Counted from the first letter of the stretch, positions 12,853 through 26,168 are shown. The stretch: 64,000 nt of DNA from Okamejei kenojei (GCA_035221665.1 CM069136.1:53506001-53570000); one strand, 5' to 3'. The notes: a model not told the origin generated them from the sequence alone. Made by a program: numbers and translations.

Positions 12853-13824
12853 TTGCAGGATCTAAAAAGGCCACTCCTGAAATTTGGACTGTCGGACCGA
12901 GCCATGAACATCATCACAGCAGCCTACAGAGAGTCCACCAGGAAACAATACCTCTCATATATAAAAAAAATGGGAGAAATTGAGAAATCCAAAGCAAACA
13001 TCACTTACCATACGGCTACTATAACGAATGTTCTGGAATTGTTGGCGCGCCTACACCTTGATGAAGGCTTGAGCCATCAACTGAGCTAGGAGTGCCCTAT
13101 CATCATACCTGGGACAGGGTTTAGGATACCACGGGGTTGGATCTCACCCGCTAGTATCTAAACTAATGAAGGGTATTTTCAACTCTAATCCCCCCAGGCG
13201 TAGGTACTCCCACACCTGGGATATTGGTATTGTGTTAAGCCTGCTCAGGGGTTGGGTATCAGCTACGTCCCTAACACTAGCGAAACTAACATATAAAATG
13301 GTGAAGTTGATGGCACTAGTAATGGCACAACGGGTCCAGACTCTACACAAATTAAGACTGGACACAATGGTAACATCCAAGAATAGAATAACTTTCTATA
13401 TATTTGAGTTACTTAAACAGAACAGGCCTGGATCGCCTGGCTTAAAATTGGAGTTCCTGGCATACCCATAGACCTTCTTCTATGGTATAGTGACCCAGCT
13501 ATTACATTACCTAGAGGTCACCAAAAGCCTAAGAGGCACGGAAATGGCTTTATTAATAAACGTCCTCATAAAAGCGTGACCGTGCAGACGATTTCAAGAT
13601 GGCTTAGACAGGTATTAGGTGCAGCAGGGGTGGACACTGATGTCTTTAAATCTCATTCCACCACGGCTGCAGCTACATCGGCAGCAAGAATGTTGGACGT
13701 TCCCATGGACCACATCCTTGCAACGGCGGGATGGTCTAATGAAAGAACCTTCCAACGGTTTTATAATAAACCCGTTGCCAGACCTGAGACATTTGCAGAC
13801 ACGATTTTGAGTTCTGTATTATGA
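12853..13824 (+). pseudogene. DIRS tyrosine recombinase (fragmented)
   Basis: AQRVQTL (catalytic R), HSTT (consensus HSTR), AGWSNERTFQRFY (catalytic Y) across ORFs 12853, 13166 and 13576. Confidence 0.9.
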
Positions 13825-14189
13825 TTTTACCCTGAATTAGGGGTAATTATTATTTGTTAATAAATGCATCATTGTTTTTCAGCACCCGATTCATGTCCGA
13901 ATACGTTAACATACTTCCTCCATTGGTCATTATGGCAGTGTGTGAGCATGGACTCATTTCCACGGCCTGAAATCACAGAGCTTTGAAATCTTCACGTAGT
14001 CACTCACATGACTCCGCTTATCTTACTATATTTAGTCAACTTCTGTTATCTGTGATTTCACACCGCTGCTTTGAAGAATGTCATGCATGCAAGCTGGCAA
14101 GGTCTTTATGTAATCCCTCAATGTAACTCCTCATAAAATAAAGATCAAACTTCAAACTGGTAAGTTCACGTTTAATCTTACTATTTATG

Positions 14190-14447
14190 CCTCATCTATC
14201 CTTCATTCGACCTCTGCTTGGCCTTTTCCATTCCATGGAAAACAAACCCAACCTATCATTGTTGGCTACACTTTTCCTGAGTTGTTGGTGACAGGTCTGA
14301 TTTGCTCTGTACCTTTTCATACCTCTAGTTTCTTCTTTCCCCTGATTCTCAGTCTGAAGAAGGATCATGACCCGAAACATCACATCTTCTTTTTCTCCAG
14401 AGATGCTGCCTGACCTGCTGAGTTGCTCCAGCATATTGTGTCTATCC
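14190..14447 (+). mobile_element. Penelope 3' tail/pLTR fragment with hammerhead-like core
   Basis: agtCTGAAGAaggatcatgacccGAAAcatc...agatgctgcctgacctgctgagttgctccagc. Confidence 0.65.
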
Positions 14448-14542
14448 TGTCACATGATAACTAAAACTTTCCTTCCCCAGTGACATGCAATCTCCTCTCC
14501 ACCCTCCCCAAAGCAATGATGCCCTCATTTTACACTTAGTTA

Positions 14543-15228
14543 AGGGCTTGTCCCACTTGCGTGTCCTGGGCATGCAAATTACGTGACCTCGTGGTCGTGT
14601 TGAGCCATGACGGTCCTGCGAAGGTCGTGCGTGATTTCATGCACAGCCGTCTGGAGCGCGTGACGTAAATTGAAGATAGACACAAAATGCCGGTGTAACT
14701 CAGCAGGACCGGCAGCATCTCTGGAGAGAAGGAATGGGTGATGTTTCGTGTCGAGACTCTTCTTCAGTCTGAAAAGAAGGGTCTTGACCCTAAATGTCAC
14801 CCATTGCTTCTCTCCAAGATGCTGCCATTCCCGCTGAGTTACTCCTGCATTTTGTGTCCATCTTCAATTTTCTTGGCCCCGCTCTGGGAGTAGAAGTGGG
14901 GCGGATCCGGATCGCAATGGCCGTGAGCCCCAGGCCCCGCTCGGCGATCGTTTGCCTGCATCTGCTGCTGTTGGAGGTGAGACGTTGCTCACACCAGGGT
15001 CTTGGGCCTGTCCCACTTTGGCTGTTAGTTACGCGACAGACCGTTGGCGCGCGAAGATTTTGTTCACCACAAAAATTCGTAGCCCCGCGCGATGTTGCAC
15101 ACAACTACATACCCCTCCTCGCTTCTCAGTGGGACTGGCCCCACACGGCCATACGATGCCCATGCACTTCAACGCGAACACGAGGTTGTGTAATTTGCGT
15201 GCCAAGGACACGTAAGTGGACAGGTCCT
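14543..15228 (+). mobile_element. Harbinger-type MITE copy 1 carrying a palindromic Penelope-tail cassette
   Basis: TTA on both flanks; ~40-bp TIR agggc(t)tgtcccacttgcgtgtcc...ggacacgtaagtggacaggtcct; internal palindrome 14670-14866. Confidence 0.85.
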
Positions 15229-16154
15229 TTATTCTCTACATATAGCGTAAACCTAGATAAGCAATGCTGATGATGGGAATGGTGGCAGAAGATCTACTTG
15301 GATCTTGAATCAAAACGTAGTTGTGCCAAATGGCCTCGGAATAATTTGTTACAGTAGTTTTATGTAAATACTGTACCAGACTGCTCCCAGATTTCTCTTG
15401 GCCATAGATTTGCATCATGAACTGGTCTTTATAATTTTTCAATGGTCTAAACTGAATGGGATGGAAGAACATTCATTCCTGTGGTTACCTCGCAAACATT
15501 TTTGAGCTGAAACCATGTTCACCTTTGGTGATAGAAATGAATGCCTAGCTATTTTTACGGAGATAAAGTTAGATAATTGATGCATGCAATTTTACCCCCA
15601 CCGGGAGAATGATTCAGATTTGCTTGACTCTCACACAGAACTTGTAATGAAATAAAGGAGCAGATGGTGCAACTTTCCATGTATGTTTTGTTTAATATTC
15701 AACAAATTGTTAATTAAAGTAATTTTAATTTCCACTGTAAATCACTATATAATTAGCTTTCAGATAGCCTAATGTTTCAGAGATAAAACTTTGAGATATG
15801 CAGACTTAAAATGTCCTGGGCTCATTTCTCAATCCATATTTACTCAGATAGCATCAGTTGAGGCAACAAAGGTGTCATTGTTCATTTCATTCTCTTTTGA
15901 AAAAGAAGACAGGGATGTGCTTAGTTGCTCTATGGTAAATTTGACAATGTATAAATCTGTAGATGCAGGGAAAGCATTAGACCAAGCTTAGTTGTGTCTT
16001 TGTAACTAATATACCAATGTTTCCTATTTCAATTAATACCCCAAGCCAGAATTACATGTGTGCACTTTGCTTTTTACACATGATCTGCATGGCTATGATT
16101 TAATAGCTTTTATCCAATTCGTTTTTATTCAATTCATTTTTTTACAATGCATAC

Positions 16155-16350
16155 TCAAGGAACTGCAGATGCTGGAATCTTGAGCAAAACAAAGTGCTGG
16201 AGTAACTCAGCAGGTCAGGGAGCAACTGTGGAGAAAATGTATAGGTGACGTTTCTGGTCAGTGCTCCTCGCCATCCTCTCCAGCCTGAAACATTGTCCTT
16301 CCATTCCCTCCTGCCTGACCCGCTGGGTTACTCTAGCTCTTTGGTTTTCT
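16155..16350. repeat. Penelope-tail-derived palindromic repeat
   Basis: gctggagtaactcagcaggtcagg ... cctgacccgctgggttactctagc inverted arms. Confidence 0.65.
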
Positions 16351-17280
16351 AGAGTTCATATGACCCGTTTTACTTTAAGGTTGCGTTCACAAAATGTATA
16401 AAGTTAACCGAGGGTATGCGTCTATTGTTATATTTTCCCAACAAAACGTGTTCTTAAACCATGCCCACAAATTGATTTCTGGAACTATTTTGTGCAGTTA
16501 ATACTGGCACCAGACTCGATCAGAAGTTTCAGCAGAATCCTTCCATTAGACAAAAGGTTGGTTCCAAGGACTCTCCATAATCTTAGTCAAGCAAGAACTG
16601 GAGAACATGCAGGCAGGTTAATTAGTCTCAGTAAAGGGCCTGTCCCACTTTCACAACCTAATTGCCGTAATGTACGACCTCCTATGACCTTCCACGACTA
16701 TGTGTACGAGCTCCTACGACTAGGTTGAAGATCTCCCACGACTATGAAGATGACCTCCTTCGACTATGTTGAAGACTGGCTTCGACCATGTACGTTTTAC
16801 TGCTGTTTGCAGTAGCCCTTTTGCTTCAGCAGCCTTTTAAGAAAGGCAGAAGGGGAAGAGCAAGGGTGAAGAGGAAGCACAAGAAGAGGTCTCAATGGGT
16901 GAATGGAGATGATGTGATGGACTGTCCCAGTACACCAGATGACTGGAAGAGAGTGGCTCTGGGCTTTGACAAAAGATGGAACTTAAAGCACACATGTAGG
17001 GCAGTGGATGGCAAGCATGCCATTCTTGTCCCTGTCCTGATACCCGTCATTTTCCTTTTCGTACAGGATGGCATTCTGCTGGAACCATTCCTCAAGGTCC
17101 CCCTCCTGCTGCCTGGTGAAGGTGTAGGGCATATCCTTCCTCCAGCCTCCCTCACCACCAATGGGGCATCTGCCTCTGATGCTGTGTCAGACACAGGAGA
17201 AAGGGCTGCTTTGCTGCCTTCAAATGAGGCAGTGAAGGATGGGGTGGTGGTGGGGACATATACTACCACCCTGGTCTCCT

Positions 17281-17394
17281 TGATCATATTGAATGGCGGT
17301 GCAGCCATGATCATATTGAATGGCGGTGCAGGCTCGAAGGGCTGAATGGCCTACTCCTGCACCTAATTTCTATGTTTCTATGTTTCTATGTTTC
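17281..17394 (+). mobile_element. Very short young CR1 3' tail with tandem-duplicated 5' end
   Basis: tgatcatattgaatggcggtgcag present twice; (tttctatg)n tail; matches 30347-30435; ctcct on both flanks. Confidence 0.8.
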
Positions 17395-17641
17395 CTCCTC
17401 CAGATGTCTCTCATGCAGGGCTACCTCCTCCTGCACTGTCACCTCCTGTGGCATTACCTCCTGCCACTCCTCCTCTTGGGTGGACAACACCTGCATGGCC
17501 GTTTTTTTTTTTGGGTTGTGCCCTCCCCCTGCGATGCTGCCTTTTTGGTGCCATCTCTAAAACACAAGTCTCCTCTGCAAAAAACTCTCCAGCTATGAAT
17601 GAACATGGCTTGGAATGACAGAGGTGAAGTTCTGCTGTTTA

Positions 17642-17971
17642 GAAGCCCTACCCACGGTACGAGTTCATTCCAAGTGCTCTCCCGAGTTTGCCCTGATCCG
17701 AACTCGGAGATTTACAGTAATGGCCACTGGTCGGTACTCAGGCTCTTGTGGACATTTTTCAACATGTTGAAAAATCTTCACGAGTCATCCCATGCTTACC
17801 TGCCATTAGGGAATCTTCCCGAGTACCTGCTGTTAGCATTATGAGCCGCTAAGAGACATCCCCGAGCTCTGACGTATCCGCTACGTTCATTCTCTGTGCT
17901 TACCACGAGTTTGATTTTTGTTTTACTTGGGAGAGCTCTTGGAATGAACTCGTACCATGGGACAGGGCTAT
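17642..17971. mobile_element. Second Harbinger-type MITE nested inside the 16635-18325 element
   Basis: TIR agccctacccacggtacgagttcattccaagtgctctcccgag / ttgggagagctcttggaatgaactcgtaccatgggacagggct. Confidence 0.8.
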
Positions 17972-18555
17972 TAATAACCTTATTTTTTCTACTGACCTTT
18001 TTTTCACCCCGGAGCTATCATCTTCGACTACCTCCGACCACCTACGACTACTTACGACTAGCATCACGACCTATTACGACCTACCTACGAGTAAAAACTA
18101 TTGTTTTTTTTCCATGCCAAAGTTTTTTTACTCGTGGACATTTTTTATCAGGCTAGAAAAAACGTCGCGACCTGCTTGATGTCACGAGTACCTACGACTG
18201 GCATCACAACCTACTACGACCTACCTACGACCTCCTACGACCTCTTGGCGACATTGCTGCCAGTATGAGTCAAGGGCAAACTCGGCAGAGGTCATGAATT
18301 AGGTTGTGAAAGTGGGACAGGGGCTTTACTGTGTTTCACAGTTACTGTGAACTGGTTGCTGGAATGCTTGCTGAGAATAAATCTTGCAAGTCTTAATTCA
18401 TTCCACTTGGAACATATTAATTGACAAATTGGTGACAGTGTGGCCCAAAAGTCATGTCACGAGCAGTCCCATGTGATGCAATCCACATTTTAAAAAGACA
18501 ATGCGATTATCTCAGGTTTTGCCTGCATCATTATTAGAACAAGCATTTCTCAGAA

Positions 18556-18860
18556 GCATAGTAGCGCAGCGGTAGAGTTGCTGCCTTACCGCGCTTGCAG
18601 CGCCGGAGACCTGGGCTCAATCCTGACTACGGGTGCTGTCTGTACGGAGTCTGTACGTGGTCACGTAGGTTTTACCTGAGTCCTTCGGTTTCCTCCCACA
18701 CTCCAAAGATGTACAGGTTTGTTGGTTAATTGGCTTGGTATAAGTGTACATTTTCCCTAGTGTGTGTAGGATAGTGTTAATGTGCGGGGATCGTTGGTCG
18801 GGCGGGACCCAGCGGGCCGAATGGCCTGTTTCCGCGCTGTATCTCTAAACTAAACTAAAG
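18556..18860 (+). mobile_element. HE1-like SINE
   Basis: tagcgcagcggtagagttgctgcc head; ggcctgtttccgcgctgtatctctaaactaaactaaa tail. Confidence 0.85.
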
Positions 18861-19297
18861 TAAAAGTAATTTTGTGGATTTCCTTACAAACCTTGTGATC
18901 TCAAATGTACTGGTTGAGCACAGGCACAATGTTTTCTGGCTAGTTGCCCTATGGAGAGGCCATTGAACTTTATGGAGGACACGACTGTCTGATTACACCT
19001 CTGCCAATAATGCACAGATGTTGTTGTTGGATTCAAAGGGAAAACATGTAAATGGAGGAACAGCTGTGGTTACACAGACCAGGAGGGAAGATTCGGAAGT
19101 AATTAAAAGAAAATTAGAAGTACATGGAGTTTATGTCAGCAGCACCCAGAGAGTTGCAGGGGCAGCATTGACATGGAAATAAAAATGTTCGAAGCTAAAT
19201 TTTGGATGAGCTGAAGATTACAGCATGAAAGCAATAGGGAGCCAACCAGGAAAACATTGAAATAGCAATTTGCAAGTAAGATGGCATAATTGATAAC

Positions 19298-20035
19298 ATA
19301 GAATAGAATAGAATTTCCTTTGTTGTCATTCAAACAAAAAGGTTTGAATGAAATTTCGTACCATGCAGTCATGACAGCAAAAAAAACTCACAATTAACAC
19401 AAATATCCTTCACAGTGAATATCCAGATACCTCCTCACTGTGATGGAAGGCAAAATGTCTTATCTCTTCCCTGCAACTTCTCCCGTGGTCAGGCAGTCAA
19501 ACTGCTGCAGCGAGGCAATCGAGGCTCTTGATCTTGAAGCCCCCGGTGGGCAATGGTAGATCCCGCGGCCAATTAAGCCGCGCCAGGCGATGAAAGGCCC
19601 TGCGATGGGCTGATTCAAACGCCGCGATTCGGGACAAATGTGCTGTTGCGGGAGCTCCCGAAAATCGGTCCCCAACCAGGGACCTGCGAGCCCCCGATGT
19701 TACTGTCCACAGGGCCCGCAGCCGCTGCGCCACCACAGCCTCCGAAGTCAGCCAGCTCCACGATGGTGAGTCCACTGGCTCTGAGACCAGAGCCTTCAGA
19801 TCGATTCCAGTTGGAGGCCGCCAGCTCCACGATGTTAGACCTCAGCGAAAACAGAGACATGACAAGGAAAAGGTCGCGTCCCCGTTGAAGGAAGAGATTT
19901 TTTAAAGTCCCCCCCCCCTCCCCCCGCATATACACAACTAAAAATAAACCAAAACATACCTCTAACAAGACAAAAAAAAGACAAAAAGGAAAAAAGACAA
20001 ACGGACTGCAGGCGAGCCGCAGCTGCTTGGGTAAT
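19298..20035 (-). mobile_element. GC-rich non-autonomous retroposon with Rex-like 3' tail
   Basis: Minus 3' end gaaatttcattc...aatgacaacaaagg + (ttcta)n; CpG-rich body with no credible ORF. Confidence 0.55.
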
Positions 20036-20819
20036 GCTAACACTACATGTTATACAGAGAGGACATGGAGGGAAGATGCGTTATCTTTATAAAATACTAA
20101 TTCTGTTGTCTCAGCACCAGCCTGACCCCCTCTCCCTTCAACACACCTTAACATCATGCACTTGTGGGGCCAAACCACATGATTGCTGGTATGTGACAAA
20201 TTAATGTAACTCTTCATGCATCAAGGGATTTCTACACTATTGTGATTCCTATCTACTTAAACCTGAAGCAAGGCTGTGCTCAATGGCCGGAGATGAGATT
20301 ATGTCAAAAAAGACAGTGCTGAAGCATTTTGTCTTTTTTGTAAAACCACATCACTTTGTCTCTTTTTTTGTGAACCAGCATCTGCAGTTCCTCGTTTCTA
20401 CATGATGATGTGTCAGTCTGCTTTCCCAGATTACCTACCACGTAGTACAATAATCTCAGCCATTCTAATCAAGAATGGACCAATGATCTTTTAGTTTACT
20501 TCATGAACCAGGATCAGTTTGAGAATATTCTATTATTCATTCTACTCTATTCTATTCTATTGTCCAATTTACAAAATTTAGCAATGTTACAAAATTTTGA
20601 GATTTTAAAAATCAAGTCTGCAATTTATCCCATCAGATAAAGCTTAAAAATAAGTTTAATTTGACACCCAATTCACTTTCATACCTTCAGTATTAAAAAA
20701 GTTATGGCCATTTTCATACTTGGAAATTAGCGTTTTGTTCCCTATTGCTTTTCCATTGACAAAACACAAAAGCTGTGATCGAGTTATCAAAAGCCCATAA
20801 CTTTCTTAAAAATTAAGAG

Positions 20820-23800
20820 CCGCAAGGGAGTATATATCTAAAATAGCAAATGGATCTTTTTTTTGAAATAAATGACACGCCAGACACATCACCAACATTA
20901 TTATGGGAATCTTTCAAAGCTTTTATTAGAGGTGTTTTAATCTCATACCAAGCCTTTCAGAATAAAAAAAATAAGAATGAACAACGGCACCTAGAATAAC
21001 AAATTAGACAATTGGATATAGATAATGCTAAAGACCCGTCCATGTATACACATAATAAAATATTAATACTAAAATTTAAATTAAATAAATTACTATCAGA
21101 GAAAGTTCTAAGATTATTCCAAATTACAAGACATGAACAGTTTGAATTTGGGGATAAGTCCCATAAACTTCTCGCACGCCAGTTAAACAAACGAGAAAAG
21201 GAACACACAATTTCAAAGATTAAATCAGATAGAGGGGAAGTATTAACATTACCGAATTAAATTAATAAAAGATTTGTGAAATTTTATGAGAATTTGTATA
21301 CATCCAAAACGACAACGGACACCAACAAAGTCACTGAGTTCTGGATAATTGCAATCTTCCCAAACTAGAATTGCAGGAACAAGAGGAATTGGGAGCACAA
21401 ATCTCAAGTAAGGAAATAGAAGAAACAATAATCTAATTAAAAAATGGAAAAACACCAGGTCCCGACGGATTCAGTAATGAATTCTATAAAAGTTTTTACA
21501 ATATATTTAGTCCTCGTCTACAGAAAATGTACACACACGCTTTCAGAGAACAAATATTACCTGATACATTAGCAGAATCTACGATTACATTAATAGTTAA
21601 GAAAGATAAAGATGAGGAAGAACCTGGATCTTACAGAGCTATCGCGTTGTTAACTATAGATCAAAAAATATTAGCAAAATTATTAGCAAGAAGATTAAGT
21701 AAGTACGCCAGTAAACTAATACATCTGGATCAAACGGGGTTTATCCCTATGAGACAATCATTTGAGAGTAATAATTTCAGACGTCTGCTTAACATAATGC
21801 ACTCACACCAAACTAAAGATCCAAATCTCGCAATTATTTCGCTGGATGCAGAGAAAGCATTCGATCAGGTTGATTTGAAATATATGGTTAAGGTATTGCA
21901 AAAATTTAAACTGGGAGAGACCTTCATTCAATGGATTAAATTAATATATAAAAAGCCAATGGCCAGAATATTAACTAATAATATTTTATCCACAAAATTT
22001 CAACTGTCAAGGGGTAATAGACAAGGCTGTTCATTATCACCATTGTTATTGCCCTCATAATTGAACCACTAGCGGAAACAATTAGAACTCATCCGAATAT
22101 CCATTGATATAATACAAAATATTCAAACAATAAAATATAATTATAAGCTGATGATGTACCTTTGTACATCACAAAGCCTCATATCACTATACCCAATATT
22201 TTAAATTTAATTGAGGATTTCGGTTAATTTTCAGGTTATAGAATAAACTGGAATAAAACTGAAATCATGTTAATATAACCGAAAGATTCTCCACATCTCG
22301 TACAATTTCCTTTTAAAATAGCTGTGGAAAGATATAAATATTTGGGTATTGAAATCACCAGAAGATATCAAGACATGTTTAAAGCAAACTATAACCCTGT
22401 ACTTAAGAAACTACATAATTTAATTAAATTCTGGAAAACGCTTCCGATGTCCGTAATAGGTTGAATAAATGCCACAAAAATGATTTTTCTACCACAAATC
22501 CTATACTTGTTCCAATCAATCACATTATACCTACCCAAAAAGTTTTTTTTTAAATTGGACTCAGATATTACAAATTTGATTTGGGATTATAAGTCCCATA
22601 GAATACAAAGACCACACCTGAATAAACCCAAAGTAGTAGGGGGGTTAGCACTCCCCAACTTCATGTATTATTATTGGTTGGTAAATATTAGAAATATGAT
22701 TCAATTGTTGCATAATTCTATTCATCAACCGGAATGGAACATTATGGAGAAAGAGGACTGCTCCCCTTTTAATATTGGTGCGATCCTTCTTTCACCGAAG
22801 ATGGTGAATAATACAAACTACAACAAAAACCCAATTATACATAGTACAATCAAAATTTGGAAACAAATAAAATACAACTTAAAATTAAGAAACTTATCTC
22901 TCCTATCTCCTATTGCTTAAAACCCTCTATTTAAACTCTCAATTATAGATAAAGCATTTATAGAGCAGGAATTAAAATTTTGGGAGCATTGTATGATACG
23001 GGAAAACTATTATCATTTAAACAATTACAACTAAAATACAATCTGGGTAACAATCAGTATTTTAAATATTTCCAAATATGTGATTATCTGAAAAAACATC
23101 ACAAAATGCCAATAGACTTACTAGATGAAGTAATGAATACAAAGGCGGAATCAGCAAATTTAATTTCATATGTATATAATATTATACTAAATGCAGTAAT
23201 ACCAACAACGGAAGGTATTAGAGGTGAGTGGGAAAACGAACTAAGCATAACAATTTCCAATGAAAGGTGGAAAGAGTACTTATTAAATGTGCACAAATGC
23301 TCAAATAACATAAGACACACTTTAATACAATTTTAAATTTTACACAGATTATACTATTCAAAAACTAAATTAAATAACTGTTTCCCCAACGTTTCCCCAA
23401 CGTCTCACAAAATGCCAGTTTCAAGAGGCTACTATAACGCACTCATTCATCTTTTGTACAAAAATTCAAAGGTTTTGGATTGAAATCTTTGAAATCTTCA
23501 CAAAACTGTTTAAAATAAAAATGACACCAAAGCCAGAATGGATTAATTTCGGAATGACAGAAAGTAGTTCGGAATTAAATAAATAATCTATTTGATTACA
23601 GCTTAATAATAGGAAAAAAGCTAATCGTAAAATTCTGGAAAAATTATACCAACATTAAATATGTGGATTTCAACTATGTTTGAAACATTACATCTGGAAG
23701 ATATGAGACTCTGCCTGGCAGGAAAATCAGATTGCTTCTATCAGACGTGGTCTGCATTTATAGAATTGCTACAAAGATAGGGTGCAGGAGTACCTCGGGC

Positions 23801-24146
23801 CTTGGTCGGGGGGGATGAAAAACTATTGAGTTGGTGGATTCCTTTTGCGTGATGTATATAATATAGTAACTGGCTTTTTTTCTCTTTGTCTCTCTTTCTT
23901 TTTTCTTTTTCTTTTCTAGGGTCTATCTCTTAATCCCCTTTCTCTAATTCTTTGACCAAGGGTTTTTTTTTCTCCCCTTTGGCACGCTCTTTCACTTTCA
24001 CAACTCTTTTCACCTGCTTCACTCTCTTTCTTTCTATTCTTTTTCTTTAAAAGCCATAAAATTATGGGGTACAATGATTGTAACAATATATATGTGATGT
24101 ACACTGATGTATTTTAATAAATACAAATATTTAAAAAAAATAAAAC
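20820..24146 (+). mobile_element. L1-clade LINE, 5'-truncated (ORF2 from end of endonuclease to 3' UTR)
   Basis: TSD aaaattaagag (20809-20819 / 24147-24157) at a TT/AAAA site; PGPDGF, SLDAEKAFDQV, RQGCSLSPLL motifs; aataaa plus A-rich tail. Confidence 0.95.
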
Positions 24147-25249
24147 AAAATTAAGAGAACTGAAAGATATTTTCAGTTATTATAGATTGAAGCATTCTGA
24201 AACAAATATGAAACAATCTTACTTGGATAACCTGAAATTAAAGCATATAATCAGTTAGTTACGTAATTGTAGCTAATTACAAAATTCAATTACCAGATCT
24301 AAACATCTATCCATTTCTTAAGAAAAGATTAACATTTTTAAATAGCCTAAGTGTCCAAATAACATTCACACAAGAATTCACAATATAACATGATTTTTAA
24401 ATCTCATTGTCATGAATTTATAGGCCAAATGGAAGGAATTTAATGTTTAATTCCCGTAAATTAATGGGCATTTTAATCATCTTGCGGGTGGGTTTTTGTG
24501 GAACGCGATCGATTGGAACGTTGTGGTTGCAGTGAATTTAAGAATCACTTAAGCAAAATATTCCTTTATTTTGGTTGCAGAAACAGTATAGAAAGGAAAC
24601 ACTATTTTGCAGAAAATGCTTTGTCATTGTTGAAATGCCGCTGAATAAAACAAAAGGTTTTAAACATAACAGATTCCAGTGTCAACTGAGTGAACTTCTT
24701 TACATTTTGAAAATTGATGTATTTGGAGGGATAATTTTTTTTTGTGATCTGATGCTGCCTTTTGCTAATTGCATTGCCTGTGTGCTATCTTGATGGTTAT
24801 CATACCATGACTACGTAGTTGACAAACATGTTAATTGAGCACAATACATTTAATAAATCTATTATTTCGATTATTTATCTGTATTTATCTAAACATTGCT
24901 ATCACTACGTACTGACACTAAACTGCATTTCGTTGTACCCATACTTGTATCTGTGCAATGACATTAAATTTGAATTGAATTGAATTATTTGAGTAAAAAT
25001 GTATGAAATGGATTCGCCAGTGACTAGAATGGGGATGGATGTGGCAGACTGAATTAAACTTTTCTGTACTAAAGAACTACTGAATTATTCGCATGTATTT
25101 ATACTGGGTGCCAAAAGTAAAATGTATTGAATTCTGCAACACTTATTTCCAATTAATTGTTAAAACTATTTCCCACGTTCTTATTTCATGAAATGTTCAT
25201 CCTTTTATCCTGATGTCAAATTTATCTCATTTTTTACAATTGTTACCAC

Positions 25250-25565
25250 TTAGTCATAGAGTCTTACAGTGAACAACATGTCCCATCTACACTACCACCT
25301 GCTTACATTTGGCCCATATTTCCCTCTGAACTTGTCCTATCCTTGTACCTGTCTAAATGTTTCTTAAATGTTGCAATAGTACCGGCCTCAACTACCTTCT
25401 CTGGCAGCTCGTTCCATACACCCACATCCTTTATGTGAAATATTTACCCCTCAGGTCCTTATTTAATCTTTCCCCCTTCACTTTAAACCTACATCCTCTT
25501 GTTCTCGATTCCCCTACTCTGGGAAAGAGACTGTGTGCATTTACCAGATCAATTCCTCTCATGGT
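25250..25565 (-). mobile_element. CR1 3' fragment
   Basis: Reverse complement of the 8000-8360 type tail. Confidence 0.8.
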
Positions 25566-25854
25566 TTTTCGTGACTTCAAAATTATGTTGTATTTTCTAT
25601 GCTCTCAATCAAGTAATACAGAATCCGGTTAGTTCCAGATTTAATCTGGATTATGGTCACGAGAGGGCAGAATTCCTGCCTTTGTAATACCCAGTAAACT
25701 TAGGATAAAAATTGGAAGGAGCTTTTTGATAATTGTAGCTGAATCCTTGTCCTCTCCTTCGGTCCTCCATCCCAACCATACCCAGTGCAACCACATGCAT
25801 CTCAATAGTCTAAATCCCTTTAGCTCCTCCTACTGATTCTACCAAAGACCTACA

Positions 25855-26047
25855 TGCTGGGAGCATTGTCTAATTCACCTACAATCTTGCAAGTCTTTTG
25901 GATGTGGGAGGACACCAGCGCAGCTGGAGGAAGCCCATGTGGGTGACAGGGACCAAGTGCAAACTCCACCCAGACAATATTGCAGGTCTGGATCTAACAC
26001 TGCCGCTGCTGCTCCTGTCTGATAGTGGCTCTACTCGCTGTGCCACT
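25855..26047 (-). mobile_element. Degenerate HE1-like SINE head
   Basis: gatgtgggaggacacc...tgcaaactccacccagaca...ctctactcgctgtgccac. Confidence 0.6.
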
Positions 26048-26168
26048 TTGCTGTCCCAAAGCATTTTTTGAGTAGGTCACTGTTCCCTTTCGGGACTCAA
26101 TTAATTGGAATTGAGTGTCAGAGAATTCAAAGTATTTTACCTTGTGCACCTCGCTTAAGTACATGTTA

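Larger units (their letters stand above)
9527..14188 (+). mobile_element. DIRS-type tyrosine-recombinase retrotransposon, near complete but degenerate
   Basis: Domain order gag-RT-RNaseH-methyltransferase-YR; inverted termini 9529-9566 vs 14078-14115; 13989-14003 is also complementary to the 5' end (ICR-like). Confidence 0.92.
16635..18325 (+). mobile_element. PIF/Harbinger DNA transposon, internally deleted, with nested insertions
   Basis: ~30-bp TIRs agggcctgtcccactttcacaacctaatt / aattaggttgtgaaagtgggacagggg(ct); TAA/TTA flanks; transposase remnant CPSTPDDWKRVALGFDKRWNLKHTCRAVDGKH (cf. HARBI1-family WNFPxCxGAIDGKH). Confidence 0.88.

Noticed and set aside
16788-17345. 185-aa ORF as a functional gene
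   Set aside because: Chimera of a Harbinger transposase fragment, other transposon sequence and a CR1 tail
18020-18245. Repeated ctacgac units as a CRISPR-like array
   Set aside because: Short irregular motifs without unique spacers, in eukaryotic transposon context
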